Assembly (NCBI GenBank): GCA_021816845.1
Contig: JAKAWT010000001.1
Location: 262,087 to 326,086, forward strand
Source of the DNA: a bacterium
GTDB lineage: Bacteria > Patescibacteriota > Dojkabacteria > JAKAPS01 > JAJZLI01
Direction of reading: 5' to 3'
DNA length: 64,000 nt
In this document: positions 1 to 9,224 of the stretch, in pieces
Layout of the letters: each line of letters starts with the position of its first letter
How positions within the stretch are numbered: position 1 is the stretch's first letter
Program-made: the position numbers and the translations under genes
Notes under the pieces: model-generated
What the model was told of the DNA's origin: nothing
The model's database searches: none
Seen by the model: the letters and a program-made list of their open reading frames with translations, nothing else

Positions 1-2
1 TA

Positions 3-515
3 AAAGCAGATCCAACTGCTTCATATTTTGCAAAGATAATTAATAATCAAACACAAAAAAGTGACTCAAATTACAAAGGATACTTTTATCTTTCTATTCC
101 TACAATAAACCTCAATAATATCCCAGTAAAAACTAATGTAGATGGGTTCAACACACAAGCTTATGAACATGTTCTTGTAAATTCACTTGCTCAAATGAAA
201 GGAACTGCACTTCCAGGAGAAACTGGAAATGTATATGTTTATGGACACTCTGCTCCACAATGGTTTGCAGATTTATATCCTGGATCCTTCCTTGGAATTT
301 TTACAAATATATTAAAGCTTAACAATGGAAATTTAATTTATCTTAAATTTAAAGGTAAAACATATACATATAAAGTATTTATGGCAAAAGTAGTACAACC
401 TACTGATTTCTCTGTTCTTGCAGCATCTCCAAACAAAAAGTATCTAACATTGATGACATGTATTCCTCCAGGTATTGGGACTCAAAGATATATAGTAAAA
501 GCTGTACTCATATGA
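3..515 (+). CDS. Sortase, 5'-truncated by the window edge
   Basis: The frame is open from nt 3 (KADPTASYF...YLSIPTINL). Motifs PGETGNVYVYGHS (His), LTLMTC (Cys) and downstream R give the sortase catalytic triad. The track start at 195 is internal. Confidence 0.9.
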   Translation, partial: KADPTASYFAKIINNQTQKSDSNYKGYFYLSIPTINLNNIPVKTNVDGFNTQAYEHVLVNSLAQMKGTALPGETGNVYVYGHSAPQWFADLYPGSFLGIFTNILKLNNGNLIYLKFKGKTYTYKVFMAKVVQPTDFSVLAASPNKKYLTLMTCIPPGIGTQRYIVKAVLI

Positions 516-583
516 TGACAAATAAGGTAGACAAAATGACATCTTCTTAGTAACTTTATTTATATCTTAGATACAACATGGAA

Positions 584-2239
584 CTACTGGAAAAATTCCT
601 TTTCAAAATCAAAAGCAAATATTTTGCTATTTATATGGATATCTTTTGCTATAATTAACGCTTCACCTACGTCAAATTTTAATAAAGAGTCTTTTTCATC
701 ACTTGATAGTGAGAAAGAACGCGATAATCCAGCAAGATTTATTTTCTCCTGTTTTAATAGAACTTTCAGTGATGTATTTGCAATAATTGATCTTCCCTGT
801 TCTGTTGATATAAAATCCTCTACATCTTGAGTAATATAGAAAATTCCAAAATTATATTTCCTTGCCCTTTTTGAAATTGTTTTTAAATAATTAATAAGAT
901 CAACATTTTCAAACAATCTATGAGCTTCATCAATGAAAATTTCTCTTTGGGTTTTACCATCATGCATATTCCATATGAAATTTAAAACAAGATACATCAT
1001 CAATGATATATTTTCATTATCTAAACTTGAAATATCAAAAACTATTAAATCGTCATCCTTGGATATCTTTATATTAGTCTTTTGAGAATATAAGGATGCA
1101 TTTGTACCTTTTGCTATATTAAATATCTCATCTGCCATACGCGCCTTTGATTTTAAAAGTATATTATACAAATCAACAAATGTGGGAGTTTTGCAGTCTT
1201 TGTATATCCTAATTAAAGCCCTGTCAATTTCATTCTTATCATAATAACTACAGGCCCTTTTTAGAAAACCTTTTAAAAATTGTATCTTTTCTTCAACATT
1301 TTCATTCTTTGTTAAATCAAATGGATTTATATGAAACATTGAGTCATGGCTCAATTTTAAAACTTTGGATCTAGATCCAGAGGATCCAGATCCAGTATTG
1401 TTAAGATTTTTAGCAAGTTTTACATATTCTCCTTCTGGATCTATTACAATTGTTTTTATACCTTTTGATATCATCCTTAAGATGACAGTTTTTGCAAAAA
1501 AACTTTTACCAGCTCCAGACTTTGCAAACACGACTGCATTATAGTTTTCAAACTTAAATATATCAAAGGATATAATAGATTTAGTATTCACATTTATTCC
1601 ATATATTATTCCTGTAAAATCAATAAGGTTATTAGAAGTAAATGGAGTTGATGCTGCTACTGTCTTAAGATTAATAATAGTAGGTAAAGATATATTAGAA
1701 TATGCAGAGTGTAGTAGAGACTTAAAACCTTCAGCATGCCTTAGGTCTAATGGGTAAAATTTGAAACTGCGTGACGCTGTAAAAAGTTCAAAATTCTTAC
1801 AAGAAGTATTTAATGCTGATAGAGAATCTTCAGATATAGCAATAACTATACCAAAAACCATACCCTCTTCTTCCTGGTTTATAATAGATAAATTAAAATC
1901 TTCCAGATTTGAAATCTCAACATCTAGTGACATATCCCTTATTTTACCGGCAGATAATCTTCTGTGCCTTTTTGCTGATAATGATGCAATCCTCATTTTT
2001 ATACCTTGGAGTAAGGCCTTTTTATCAATAGGCTGTATAAACTGCCTTATTACTATATTCGAGTTCAAATTTAGAAAATCAGAAAAATAAAATGGGGTAA
2101 TATCTTGTGGAAAATCATACAGATAATACATTCTATAGAACCTACCGTCCATTTTTAGATATTTATGATTTTCATTTACTATCTTTGGCAATAAAATATC
2201 ACCAGACCCTTTAAAACTTATTTTTATTCTTTTATTCAT
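584..2239 (-). CDS. virB4: VirB4/TraC-like secretion ATPase (copy 1)
   Basis: Walker A AKSGAGKS, IDPEGEY, INPFDL, Walker B IFIDEAH, RARKY and TQ motifs. Paralog of 7019-9196. Confidence 0.88.
   Translation of the reverse strand: MNKRIKISFKGSGDILLPKIVNENHKYLKMDGRFYRMYYLYDFPQDITPFYFSDFLNLNSNIVIRQFIQPIDKKALLQGIKMRIASLSAKRHRRLSAGKIRDMSLDVEISNLEDFNLSIINQEEEGMVFGIVIAISEDSLSALNTSCKNFELFTASRSFKFYPLDLRHAEGFKSLLHSAYSNISLPTIINLKTVAASTPFTSNNLIDFTGIIYGINVNTKSIISFDIFKFENYNAVVFAKSGAGKSFFAKTVILRMISKGIKTIVIDPEGEYVKLAKNLNNTGSGSSGSRSKVLKLSHDSMFHINPFDLTKNENVEEKIQFLKGFLKRACSYYDKNEIDRALIRIYKDCKTPTFVDLYNILLKSKARMADEIFNIAKGTNASLYSQKTNIKISKDDDLIVFDISSLDNENISLMMYLVLNFIWNMHDGKTQREIFIDEAHRLFENVDLINYLKTISKRARKYNFGIFYITQDVEDFISTEQGRSIIANTSLKVLLKQEKINLAGLSRSFSLSSDEKDSLLKFDVGEALIIAKDIHINSKIFAFDFEKEFFQ
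1367..1393. repeat. 15-bp-period palindromic array, 2 units, inside virB4
   Basis: GGATCTAGATCC (1367-1378, perfect palindrome), aga, GGATCCAGATCC (1382-1393). Encodes GSGSSGSRS. Confidence 0.9.
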
Positions 2240-2246
2240 AAATAAT

Positions 2247-2849
2247 CTATATAAAACTTAAAATATTAATAATCTCATCTCTTGTATCTACAATTTTTGC
2301 ACGTAGTGGAGTTTTGGAAAGTAAGAATAAAATTTGTTTATCATGGACCTTTAGAGAGTTATCTATGTTGTTTAATTCCTTCTTAAAAGATAAAGATTTC
2401 CTGGGATGTTTTATCTTATAAGTTATAAAAAACCTTTGGGAGTAAATCTTATTTTGCTTATAGAACATTTTAAAACTATCTTTGTATAATTTTTGTAAAT
2501 CTACTTTATTATTTTTGGATTCACTGGATCTGAATTCCCTGAATCTTAATCCTCGGGACCCAGATCCTCTGGATCTAGATCCTTTGGAATTTGGTCCTTT
2601 AATATTTTTTATATATTTTAAAATTTCACTTTCCTCTATCTCTCTAGATACTACAGTTATGTCTATCGGAATATGCACACCTTTTAAAAATTCTTTGTAC
2701 TTTTTTATAAAATCAATCTTTACATCTTCCTCAGATAGAACAAAATGTGAAGGGAAAACCTCTATGATTCTCATATAAAAATAATCTTTCAGGATTATTG
2801 TCCCTCCTAAAACATCAATTATTGGATAGAAATCATTTGTTTTTTTCAT
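2247..2849 (-). CDS. VirB4-associated protein, paralog of 9225-9908
   Basis: IIDVLGGTIILKD...IIEV...F.LSEE aligns with IEDIKDNLLILKN...VIET...F.LLSE. Both lie directly upstream of a virB4. Confidence 0.65.
   Translation of the reverse strand: MKKTNDFYPIIDVLGGTIILKDYFYMRIIEVFPSHFVLSEEDVKIDFIKKYKEFLKGVHIPIDITVVSREIEESEILKYIKNIKGPNSKGSRSRGSGSRGLRFREFRSSESKNNKVDLQKLYKDSFKMFYKQNKIYSQRFFITYKIKHPRKSLSFKKELNNIDNSLKVHDKQILFLLSKTPLRAKIVDTRDEIINILSFI
2526..2597. repeat. 15-bp-period palindromic array, 5 units
   Basis: ggatctgaattc-cct-gaatcttaatcc-tcg-ggacccagatcc-tct-GGATCTAGATCC-ttt-ggaatttggtcc. Encodes GPNSK GSRSR GSGSR GLRFR EFRSS. Confidence 0.9.
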
Positions 2850-3213
2850 TGAATTGAGACCTTTTTATTCCTAAGAATTTTGATTCTTGAAGCCTTACTT
2901 CTGGAAGCTCTGCTTCTTGGAGTTCTACTTCAAAGATATTGTATGAGAAAATATATTTTTTATCTTTGAATAAATATTTAATAGAATCCAAAATTAAGAT
3001 ATATGTAGGTCTCCCTCTATAATTTTGTTTTATCAAAAAATAGAAGATAGCTATAATAGAAGATCCTAAAAATATTTTTATATGTATATCAAGTGAAGAT
3101 ACTACCAAAAAAAGAATCGGGGGTGCTGAAAATAATACAACAAAAATATCTGAGGTTAGAGAGAAATAATTATTCCTTAAACTTTTGATTTTATAAACTT
3201 TTACTTTGTCCAT
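2833..3213 (-). CDS. PrgI/VirB3-like small membrane protein
   Basis: Two TM segments followed by YRGRPTY...IKYLFKDKKY, a PrgI-like pattern. Lies between the VirB6-like and VirB4 genes. Confidence 0.6.
   Translation of the reverse strand: MDKVKVYKIKSLRNNYFSLTSDIFVVLFSAPPILFLVVSSLDIHIKIFLGSSIIAIFYFLIKQNYRGRPTYILILDSIKYLFKDKKYIFSYNIFEVELQEAELPEVRLQESKFLGIKRSQFNEKNK
2887..2931. repeat. 15-bp tandem repeat, 3 units with internal dyad symmetry
   Basis: ttgaagccttacttc / tggaagctctgcttc / ttggagttctacttc. Encodes EVELQ EAELP EVRLQ. Confidence 0.8.
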
Positions 3214-4133
3214 TATATTATAGATTTAATTTTGGATGATAGAGAAAATATTCTTTCATTTATGACACCACCAAGAAGTTGAGGAATCAAAGAGAGAGAA
3301 AATAGAACTATAATTCCAAGTATCAATCTTTCTAAATTTCCTATGTAATAATTATTAACTATTACTACAAATACAGAAATACCAATTAAGAATGCCGGCT
3401 GGATAAATAAAAGCTGCACTATTTTAGAGAAAGCATTAGGCAATAAATCTCCCATTGGAGGATATATAGATATAACAATAAAAAGAGGAAATAGGAGAAT
3501 TAGAATCCAAAGCATAATAAATCTTATTATAAACTGCAAAGAGAATATGAACAGCGCTATAATAAGAAGTATGTATAATACTATTGAGACAATTCCAGAA
3601 AATATTCCTATTTGAAGTGATGAAGCCCCCATCGTGTTTACAATAGTTGAGAATAAACTTGAACTTCCTCCTATCATATGTACGACTATAAATTGATCTA
3701 CAACATTTATAAATGTTATGAAAAAAGACAAGAAATATATAGATGTAAAAAGAAATATTACTGAAATAAAAAGACTACCTAATAAATCAGATGGAGATAA
3801 ATTGGTTTTACCAACCGTTGCTTCTCCAATTAAATGTATAACATAAACAAGAATTATTACTGGTATAATTGAAATTGCAAGATATTGGGTCCCATTTCTA
3901 TAGTTAGAAATAGCAGCACCTTCAAAATCACCTCCTCCTGGTTTTAGAATGTTGGGTGTATATTCTGTGAACTGATCTATTATATACCCTAGAGAACATA
4001 CTACTCCTTCAAAAGAATATGTAGTTTGAGACGAGCATCCTGACCCTGTACTTTGATTTTGAGCAAATATAGGGGATGCTAGCAGAAAAAGCAGTAATGA
4101 ACTAATAAAAAGTCCCCGAATTAACAACCCCAT
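3213..4133 (-). CDS. VirB6/TrbL-like polytopic membrane protein
   Basis: Signal peptide (..IFAQ) plus 6-7 TM helices, including IIRFIMLWILILLFPLFIV and LLFIQPAF. Operon context with pilin-like, PrgI-like and VirB4 genes. Confidence 0.7.
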   Translation of the reverse strand: MGLLIRGLFISSLLLFLLASPIFAQNQSTGSGCSSQTTYSFEGVVCSLGYIIDQFTEYTPNILKPGGGDFEGAAISNYRNGTQYLAISIIPVIILVYVIHLIGEATVGKTNLSPSDLLGSLFISVIFLFTSIYFLSFFITFINVVDQFIVVHMIGGSSSLFSTIVNTMGASSLQIGIFSGIVSIVLYILLIIALFIFSLQFIIRFIMLWILILLFPLFIVISIYPPMGDLLPNAFSKIVQLLFIQPAFLIGISVFVVIVNNYYIGNLERLILGIIVLFSLSLIPQLLGGVINERIFSLSSKIKSII

Positions 4134-4353
4134 TTATAAATGTAGTTAAACTAGTAGCACTAAGTACAATAAAAAGACCTATCATTATCCAGACTATTCT
4201 CTTTACAAGTTTAGATCTCTCTTGTGGATTATCTGCATTTAAAATAAATTGAATCCCTAATATTATTATAATTATTAGTAATACTGTCTCCACTGTAGTT
4301 ACTAATAAGGAAGCTATATTTGAAACAAATTGTGACAATCCTGGTATTTGCAT
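4102..4353 (-). CDS. VirB2/TrbC-like pilin
   Basis: 83 aa with two hydrophobic helices separated by GIQFILNADNPQERSKLVKRI, followed by IGL.IVL.A. First gene of the T4SS-like operon. Confidence 0.75.
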   Translation of the reverse strand: MQIPGLSQFVSNIASLLVTTVETVLLIIIIILGIQFILNADNPQERSKLVKRIVWIMIGLFIVLSATSLTTFINGVVNSGTFY

Positions 4354-4383
4354 AATGTTTTTATTGATGAGTTAAATATGTCT

Positions 4384-4411
4384 ATTATAGATGAGTTAAA
4401 AAAAATGTCAA
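4384..4411 (-). promoter_or_regulatory. sigma70 promoter of the virB2-like operon
   Basis: TTGACA (4411-4406), 16 nt, TATAAT (4389-4384) on the minus strand. Direct repeat GATGAGTTAAA at 4366-4376 and 4390-4400. Confidence 0.65.
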
Positions 4412-4465
4412 ATATATAAATGAAAGACTCTTATTAAAAGACAATCCATATTATAAATATCTTTA

Positions 4466-4494
4466 TTGACACAATATGACACAAATGATATAGT
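4466..4494 (+). promoter_or_regulatory. sigma70 promoter of abiEi-abiEii
   Basis: TTGACA (4466-4471), 17 nt, TATAGT (4489-4494) with a TG extension. Confidence 0.75.
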
Positions 4495-4519
4495 ATAAGG
4501 GTAGTAATACTACCCTTAT
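4495..4519. promoter_or_regulatory. Perfect inverted repeat, probable AbiEi autorepression operator
   Basis: ATAAGGGTAGTA-A-TACTACCCTTAT lies directly after the -10 box and overlaps the ATG. Confidence 0.75.
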
Positions 4520-5111
4520 GTATAATCAAATTAAAAGTGTAGAAAAACTAATATTGTCTGGTAAAAAGGTTTTCACTACTGGAGATTTAGCCGTACTTTG
4601 GGAAATTACAAACAGAAATAGGCTGAGGGATAGGATAAAATATTATCTGAAAAATAAAAGACTTCAATCTATCCACAGAGGTATTTATGTTTATGATAAT
4701 AATTATACAAGGGAGGATATAGCACAAAAATTATTTCCATTATCATATATTTCTCTCTATACAACTTCACAAATATATGGACTAACATTTCAGTACTACT
4801 CAGACATTTATTCAATTGCCTTAAAAAGCAAAAAGTATGAAATAGATGGGACAATATACATATATCATAAGGTTAAAGAATCAATTTTTTATAACACCAT
4901 TGGACTAACAAATAATGGCAGGTATACTATTGCTAGTAAAGAAAGAACAATTTGTGATATGTTATATGTTTTCCCAAAGATATCTTTTGACAATTTAAGA
5001 GAAATAAATATCAAAAAATTAGAGGAAGTTTCTAAAATTTATGATAATAGAAGATTGGAAAAATCAATCAACAATATTATTTTAGACATTAATAAACATG
5101 ATAGATCTTGA
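4518..5111 (+). CDS. abiEi: AbiEi-family antitoxin / transcriptional regulator (type IV TA)
   Basis: N-terminal wHTH (VFTTGDLA...IHRGIY), SYISLYT and IASKERTICDMLY motifs. Overlaps the toxin gene. Confidence 0.85.
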   Translation: MYNQIKSVEKLILSGKKVFTTGDLAVLWEITNRNRLRDRIKYYLKNKRLQSIHRGIYVYDNNYTREDIAQKLFPLSYISLYTTSQIYGLTFQYYSDIYSIALKSKKYEIDGTIYIYHKVKESIFYNTIGLTNNGRYTIASKERTICDMLYVFPKISFDNLREINIKKLEEVSKIYDNRRLEKSINNIILDINKHDRS

Positions 5112-5772
5112 AAAGCATGCACAAATACTAAAAAATATACTAAAAGATATTTACACTGATAAATATTTACAAACATCCTTAGCCTTTAAAGGAGGGTCTT
5201 GCCTATATATGTTTTATGGATTAGACAGATTTTCAGTTGATTTAGATTTCAACTTAAAAACTGAAAATTTTGATCCAGATAAGATTACAAAAATACTAAA
5301 GAACTATATCAACATAAATGATCAATCAAATAAAAGGTTTACATGGTTCTGGTTAGGGAGTTATGAAGAAAACAAACAAAAAATAAAACTAGAGATTTCT
5401 AAAAGGGATTATCCAGATAAATATATAAACAAAGATTTTTACGGTATTACCATTTCAATAATGGAACCATCCTACATGTTTGCACATAAACTCTGTGCCA
5501 TCACAGATAGAAAGGTACTGCAAAATAGAGATCTATATGATGCTCATTTTATGTTTAAAAAAGGGTTTGAAATTAATGAGGAGATTATAATGATTAGAAC
5601 TGGAAAAACTAAAAAAGAATATTTTGCATACTTGGTAAAATATATAAATGACAATGTTAATTCTCAAAACATCATTGAGGGATTAGGAGAATTATTAAAT
5701 AGTAGCCAAAAAGACAGTGTAAGAGCAACACTGCGTAGAGATATATTGTTTGATCTAGAGAGTAGAATGTAA
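5098..5772 (+). CDS. abiEii: AbiEii-family nucleotidyltransferase toxin
   Basis: Motifs AFKGGSCL, RFSVDLDF, HKL.A..DR and RDLYD. Confidence 0.9.
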   Translation: MIDLEKHAQILKNILKDIYTDKYLQTSLAFKGGSCLYMFYGLDRFSVDLDFNLKTENFDPDKITKILKNYININDQSNKRFTWFWLGSYEENKQKIKLEISKRDYPDKYINKDFYGITISIMEPSYMFAHKLCAITDRKVLQNRDLYDAHFMFKKGFEINEEIIMIRTGKTKKEYFAYLVKYINDNVNSQNIIEGLGELLNSSQKDSVRATLRRDILFDLESRM

Positions 5773-5855
5773 TAAGAGGAAACTTAATTAAAATACATCA
5801 ATAAAAGGAAAATTTGTAATCTTTTAAAAATTAGAGTAAAATTTTCTCTAAGTAT

Positions 5856-7004
5856 ATGAAAAATAAAATAGTAACATTATCTATATTGTTAGCATTGCTG
5901 TTTGTAGTAGCTGGACTTTTTTCAGTATCCTTATTATTCTCTAAAAAATCTCATGCATCAAGTCTTAAATTGTATCAAAATGTAAACGTATATAAAAAAT
6001 CATCTGGGAATTTATACGTTCTTGGCAACTCACTTTCTGTCAACAATAAAATTTTAGGAGATATGGTATTTTTTGGTAGCAATTCCATAATAAATAATAT
6101 TATATCTCAGGATTTCATTGATTTTTCTGGAACTACTATAGTGAATGGTACTATAGTAAATAATGCATATGTTGTTTCAGGAAATGTCACTCTAAATGGA
6201 AAGGTTAAAGAAGATTTAGTTTTTCTTGGAGGAAACATAGATATATCAAGAAATGCTACTGTGTACGGTAACTTATACGCCCTAGGAGGAGAAGTACTTG
6301 TTAATGGTACTATCATGCATAATGCATATGTTGATGCTGGACATTTTACTTTAAATGGCAATATTGGAGGTAACTTAAAACTATCATCTAATAATGTTGA
6401 AATTAATAAAGGATCTAATATCCATGGATATCTTTCATATACAGGATCAGATAATAAAAAATCCTATGTTGATAAAAATAGTATAAAAGGACATATATAT
6501 AGATATTATACAAACCAAGATCAGAAAGAAATTGCCCTCACCATAGCAAGGACAGTACTTACATTCCTTGCTATGATAATATTTGTGTTACTATTTATAA
6601 GAATATTTCCAAGATTATCTTTATCAGTAGTAAAGAATGCCACAGAAAAAACATGGGTAAGTTTTGGGTATGGATTTGTAGAAATCATAGTAACACCTGT
6701 AATTGCAGCAATATTACTACTAACAATAATAGGGATTCCAGTATCAATATTATTAATAGGGATATATATGTTATTAATTTTTGTATCCTATATGTTAAAC
6801 GGGCTTATATTGGGAGCATTCATTACAAAATATTTATATAGAATGGATGTGGGAATAAGGTTTAGGTCAGCATTTGCTGGAATATTCATATCATCACTTA
6901 TAAGCATAATCCCAGTAATAGGAGGTCTATATAACATATTTATGGGAATTGTGATATTTGGGGCATTTAGCTTAATAATGAAAAATTATATATTAAAAGT
7001 CTAA
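5856..7004 (+). CDS. Bactofilin-like beta-helix membrane protein (polymer-forming family)
   Basis: N-terminal TM/signal, repeated G.V.ING.V.GDL units, and a C-terminal multi-TM domain (LTIIGIP, IPVIGG). Confidence 0.75.
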   Translation: MKNKIVTLSILLALLFVVAGLFSVSLLFSKKSHASSLKLYQNVNVYKKSSGNLYVLGNSLSVNNKILGDMVFFGSNSIINNIISQDFIDFSGTTIVNGTIVNNAYVVSGNVTLNGKVKEDLVFLGGNIDISRNATVYGNLYALGGEVLVNGTIMHNAYVDAGHFTLNGNIGGNLKLSSNNVEINKGSNIHGYLSYTGSDNKKSYVDKNSIKGHIYRYYTNQDQKEIALTIARTVLTFLAMIIFVLLFIRIFPRLSLSVVKNATEKTWVSFGYGFVEIIVTPVIAAILLLTIIGIPVSILLIGIYMLLIFVSYMLNGLILGAFITKYLYRMDVGIRFRSAFAGIFISSLISIIPVIGGLYNIFMGIVIFGAFSLIMKNYILKV

Positions 7005-7018
7005 GACTTAATTTCGCA

Positions 7019-9196
7019 CTAGCTAACAATACTGTTATATTGTATCTGTGTATCCTCACCTCCTCCACTTGATTCAGGAGTTTCTTTATCAGTATCAGCA
7101 TCATCCCCTTCACCATCAATGCCATCTGGAGGAACACTTTCTGGTACCGGACTTTCTTGAGATATTCCATCCTGCCTTAAGGGTTCAGACTGGGGTTCTT
7201 CAGTTTCATCTAGCGTATTTTTACCATCTACATCTGCAATTGTATTTGGAACTATCCTATCTAACGATGCACCTTCTGCTCTCATTTTTAATATTTCTTC
7301 TGGATTTGTAGTTATTAGTTTATATTCATATTCGGAAGAATAGATTTGGATTGCTACATGATTTGCACCAACAAAGAATATTCCTTCACCAATTTCCGCA
7401 GATAAAAGTAAATTTTTCTCCCCTGCAGATAAATAAAAGACGTCAGAAAGATGGTCTATAGCAGTAGGAGACTGTCTTAATAAAATCTGAATTGAAGAGT
7501 TAGTAACCACAGCCTTTCCATACTCATTGGATAGAAAATCATCTACATCCTGAGATACCGTAGTAAGACCAAGGTAATATTTCCTTGCTCTTTTTGAAAC
7601 TGCATAAACAAATTGTGCAGAATCAGGGTATTGCATTAATATCCAAGCCTCATCTATTATGAATAGTCTTCTCTTCAGTTCTTTTTTAACCCTTGTCCAT
7701 ATAAAATCCAACATTAAAAACATGGCTATTGGCCTAAGTTCATCTGATAAATCTCTTATTGAAAACACCATAAATTGGTTATTAATATCTACATTTGTAT
7801 GTTGATCAAAAATTCCAGAAGCAGAACCTTTAACAAATTTCTCTAATCTTTGAGCTAGACTATGAGCTTCATCCTCTTCCATTGAAAGGAGGATTTTATA
7901 CAAATCTTCCATTAGAGGTGGATCTTTTACCTGTGTTGAAGGATCAAAAGTTATACCTTTATCTCTGTATGTTAAGATCAAAGCCTTATCTAGTATAGCA
8001 TTCTCCATATTGGTAAGACCTCCTTCCTCACCTCCAAGCATAACTTTAAAAAGCCCATGGAGAGAAAGAATTTTAAACCTTAGTTCATCTTCTCCTTCCT
8101 CATAAACTCCAGATAAATCAAATGGATTTATCTTTGAATCTCCATCTTGGGAAAAAGAAATATATGACCCGTTCATTGCCTTACACAATGTCTCATATTC
8201 CCTTTCTGGATCTATTATTATAATCTGAGTACCTAACATGAGAGATCTTAATGCTTCAAGCTTTACAAGAAAACTCTTCCCTGCTCCAGATTTTGCAAAA
8301 ATTACAGAATTTGCATTCTCAAGATCAAATCTATCAAAAACTACGAGACTTTTATTTGCCTTATTTATTCCATACAAAACTCCTCTGTCTGAAGTTAGTT
8401 CTGATGATACAAAAGGGAATGTTGTAGCTATGGACGTAGTATCCATATTGTGTGTATAGTACATTTTGTCATTACCTTCAGGAAGAGTCGACTTAAATCC
8501 CTCCTCCATTTGGAGGGTTGCTGGTTTAATGATAAGAGACATAGCTCCTAGCGTCGCTTCAAGATTTTTAGATATATCATTAAGTTCTTCAAGTGTATCC
8601 GCTCTTATTGATACATATAAGGCAAAATGGAAATACCTTTCTGATCCTTTCGCAAGATCATCCTGTAATTGTTTTGCATCCTCCAAAGCAACCTTTAAAT
8701 TAGGATCCAAAACTTTCCCTGAATCTATCATGGTATTTGTTGTAGCCTCCATTTCAGCGATTTTTCTTCTAAGTTGTACTAAAACAGTATTTGAGCTTAT
8801 AGGATAATAGAACATACTTATGTCTATGGAATGTTCAAATGTAATTAGAGGAGATAACCAATTGGGAACAACATACCTTGGATATGCAATAGCAAAATAT
8901 GTTTTATAATATTTCTCCCCGATCTTTATATGGGCAAAATCCACTTCAATCGAGGCGGGAGCAATAATATCTTTAATAGAATTTATACCTGTCCCAAACT
9001 CTATTAGAGGATCTTTTGCTGTCTGATCATCAAGACTTTCCATAACTTGTGACTGACCTCCTTGTAGTTGACCTCCTTGTGGTATGGCATTCTGAGCATA
9101 GAAAGTATTAGCATCGTTCTGCTGAGTAGCAGTCCCCTGTTGAGGAGTGACTGTTTGATTATTCTTCTTTTGTTGTTTTTTAAACGGTAAGTTCAT
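7019..9196 (-). CDS. virB4: VirB4/TraC-like secretion ATPase (copy 2)
   Basis: AKSGAGKS, IDPEREY, INPFDL, FIIDEAW, KRARKY. Q-rich N-terminal and acidic C-terminal tails. Confidence 0.92.
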   Translation of the reverse strand: MNLPFKKQQKKNNQTVTPQQGTATQQNDANTFYAQNAIPQGGQLQGGQSQVMESLDDQTAKDPLIEFGTGINSIKDIIAPASIEVDFAHIKIGEKYYKTYFAIAYPRYVVPNWLSPLITFEHSIDISMFYYPISSNTVLVQLRRKIAEMEATTNTMIDSGKVLDPNLKVALEDAKQLQDDLAKGSERYFHFALYVSIRADTLEELNDISKNLEATLGAMSLIIKPATLQMEEGFKSTLPEGNDKMYYTHNMDTTSIATTFPFVSSELTSDRGVLYGINKANKSLVVFDRFDLENANSVIFAKSGAGKSFLVKLEALRSLMLGTQIIIIDPEREYETLCKAMNGSYISFSQDGDSKINPFDLSGVYEEGEDELRFKILSLHGLFKVMLGGEEGGLTNMENAILDKALILTYRDKGITFDPSTQVKDPPLMEDLYKILLSMEEDEAHSLAQRLEKFVKGSASGIFDQHTNVDINNQFMVFSIRDLSDELRPIAMFLMLDFIWTRVKKELKRRLFIIDEAWILMQYPDSAQFVYAVSKRARKYYLGLTTVSQDVDDFLSNEYGKAVVTNSSIQILLRQSPTAIDHLSDVFYLSAGEKNLLLSAEIGEGIFFVGANHVAIQIYSSEYEYKLITTNPEEILKMRAEGASLDRIVPNTIADVDGKNTLDETEEPQSEPLRQDGISQESPVPESVPPDGIDGEGDDADTDKETPESSGGGEDTQIQYNSIVS
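9054..9083. repeat. 15-bp tandem duplication
   Basis: tgacctccttgtagt / tgacctccttgtggt. Encodes PQGGQ LQGGQ. Confidence 0.75.
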
Positions 9197-9224
9197 ATTT
9201 TTAAAATTAGTCTTTTTTAATTCA

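Noticed and set aside
2482-2778. Antisense ORF with DLDP repeats (also 40336-40524)
   Set aside because: The palindromic repeat gives similar peptides on both strands. These overlap well-supported genes and have no independent signals.
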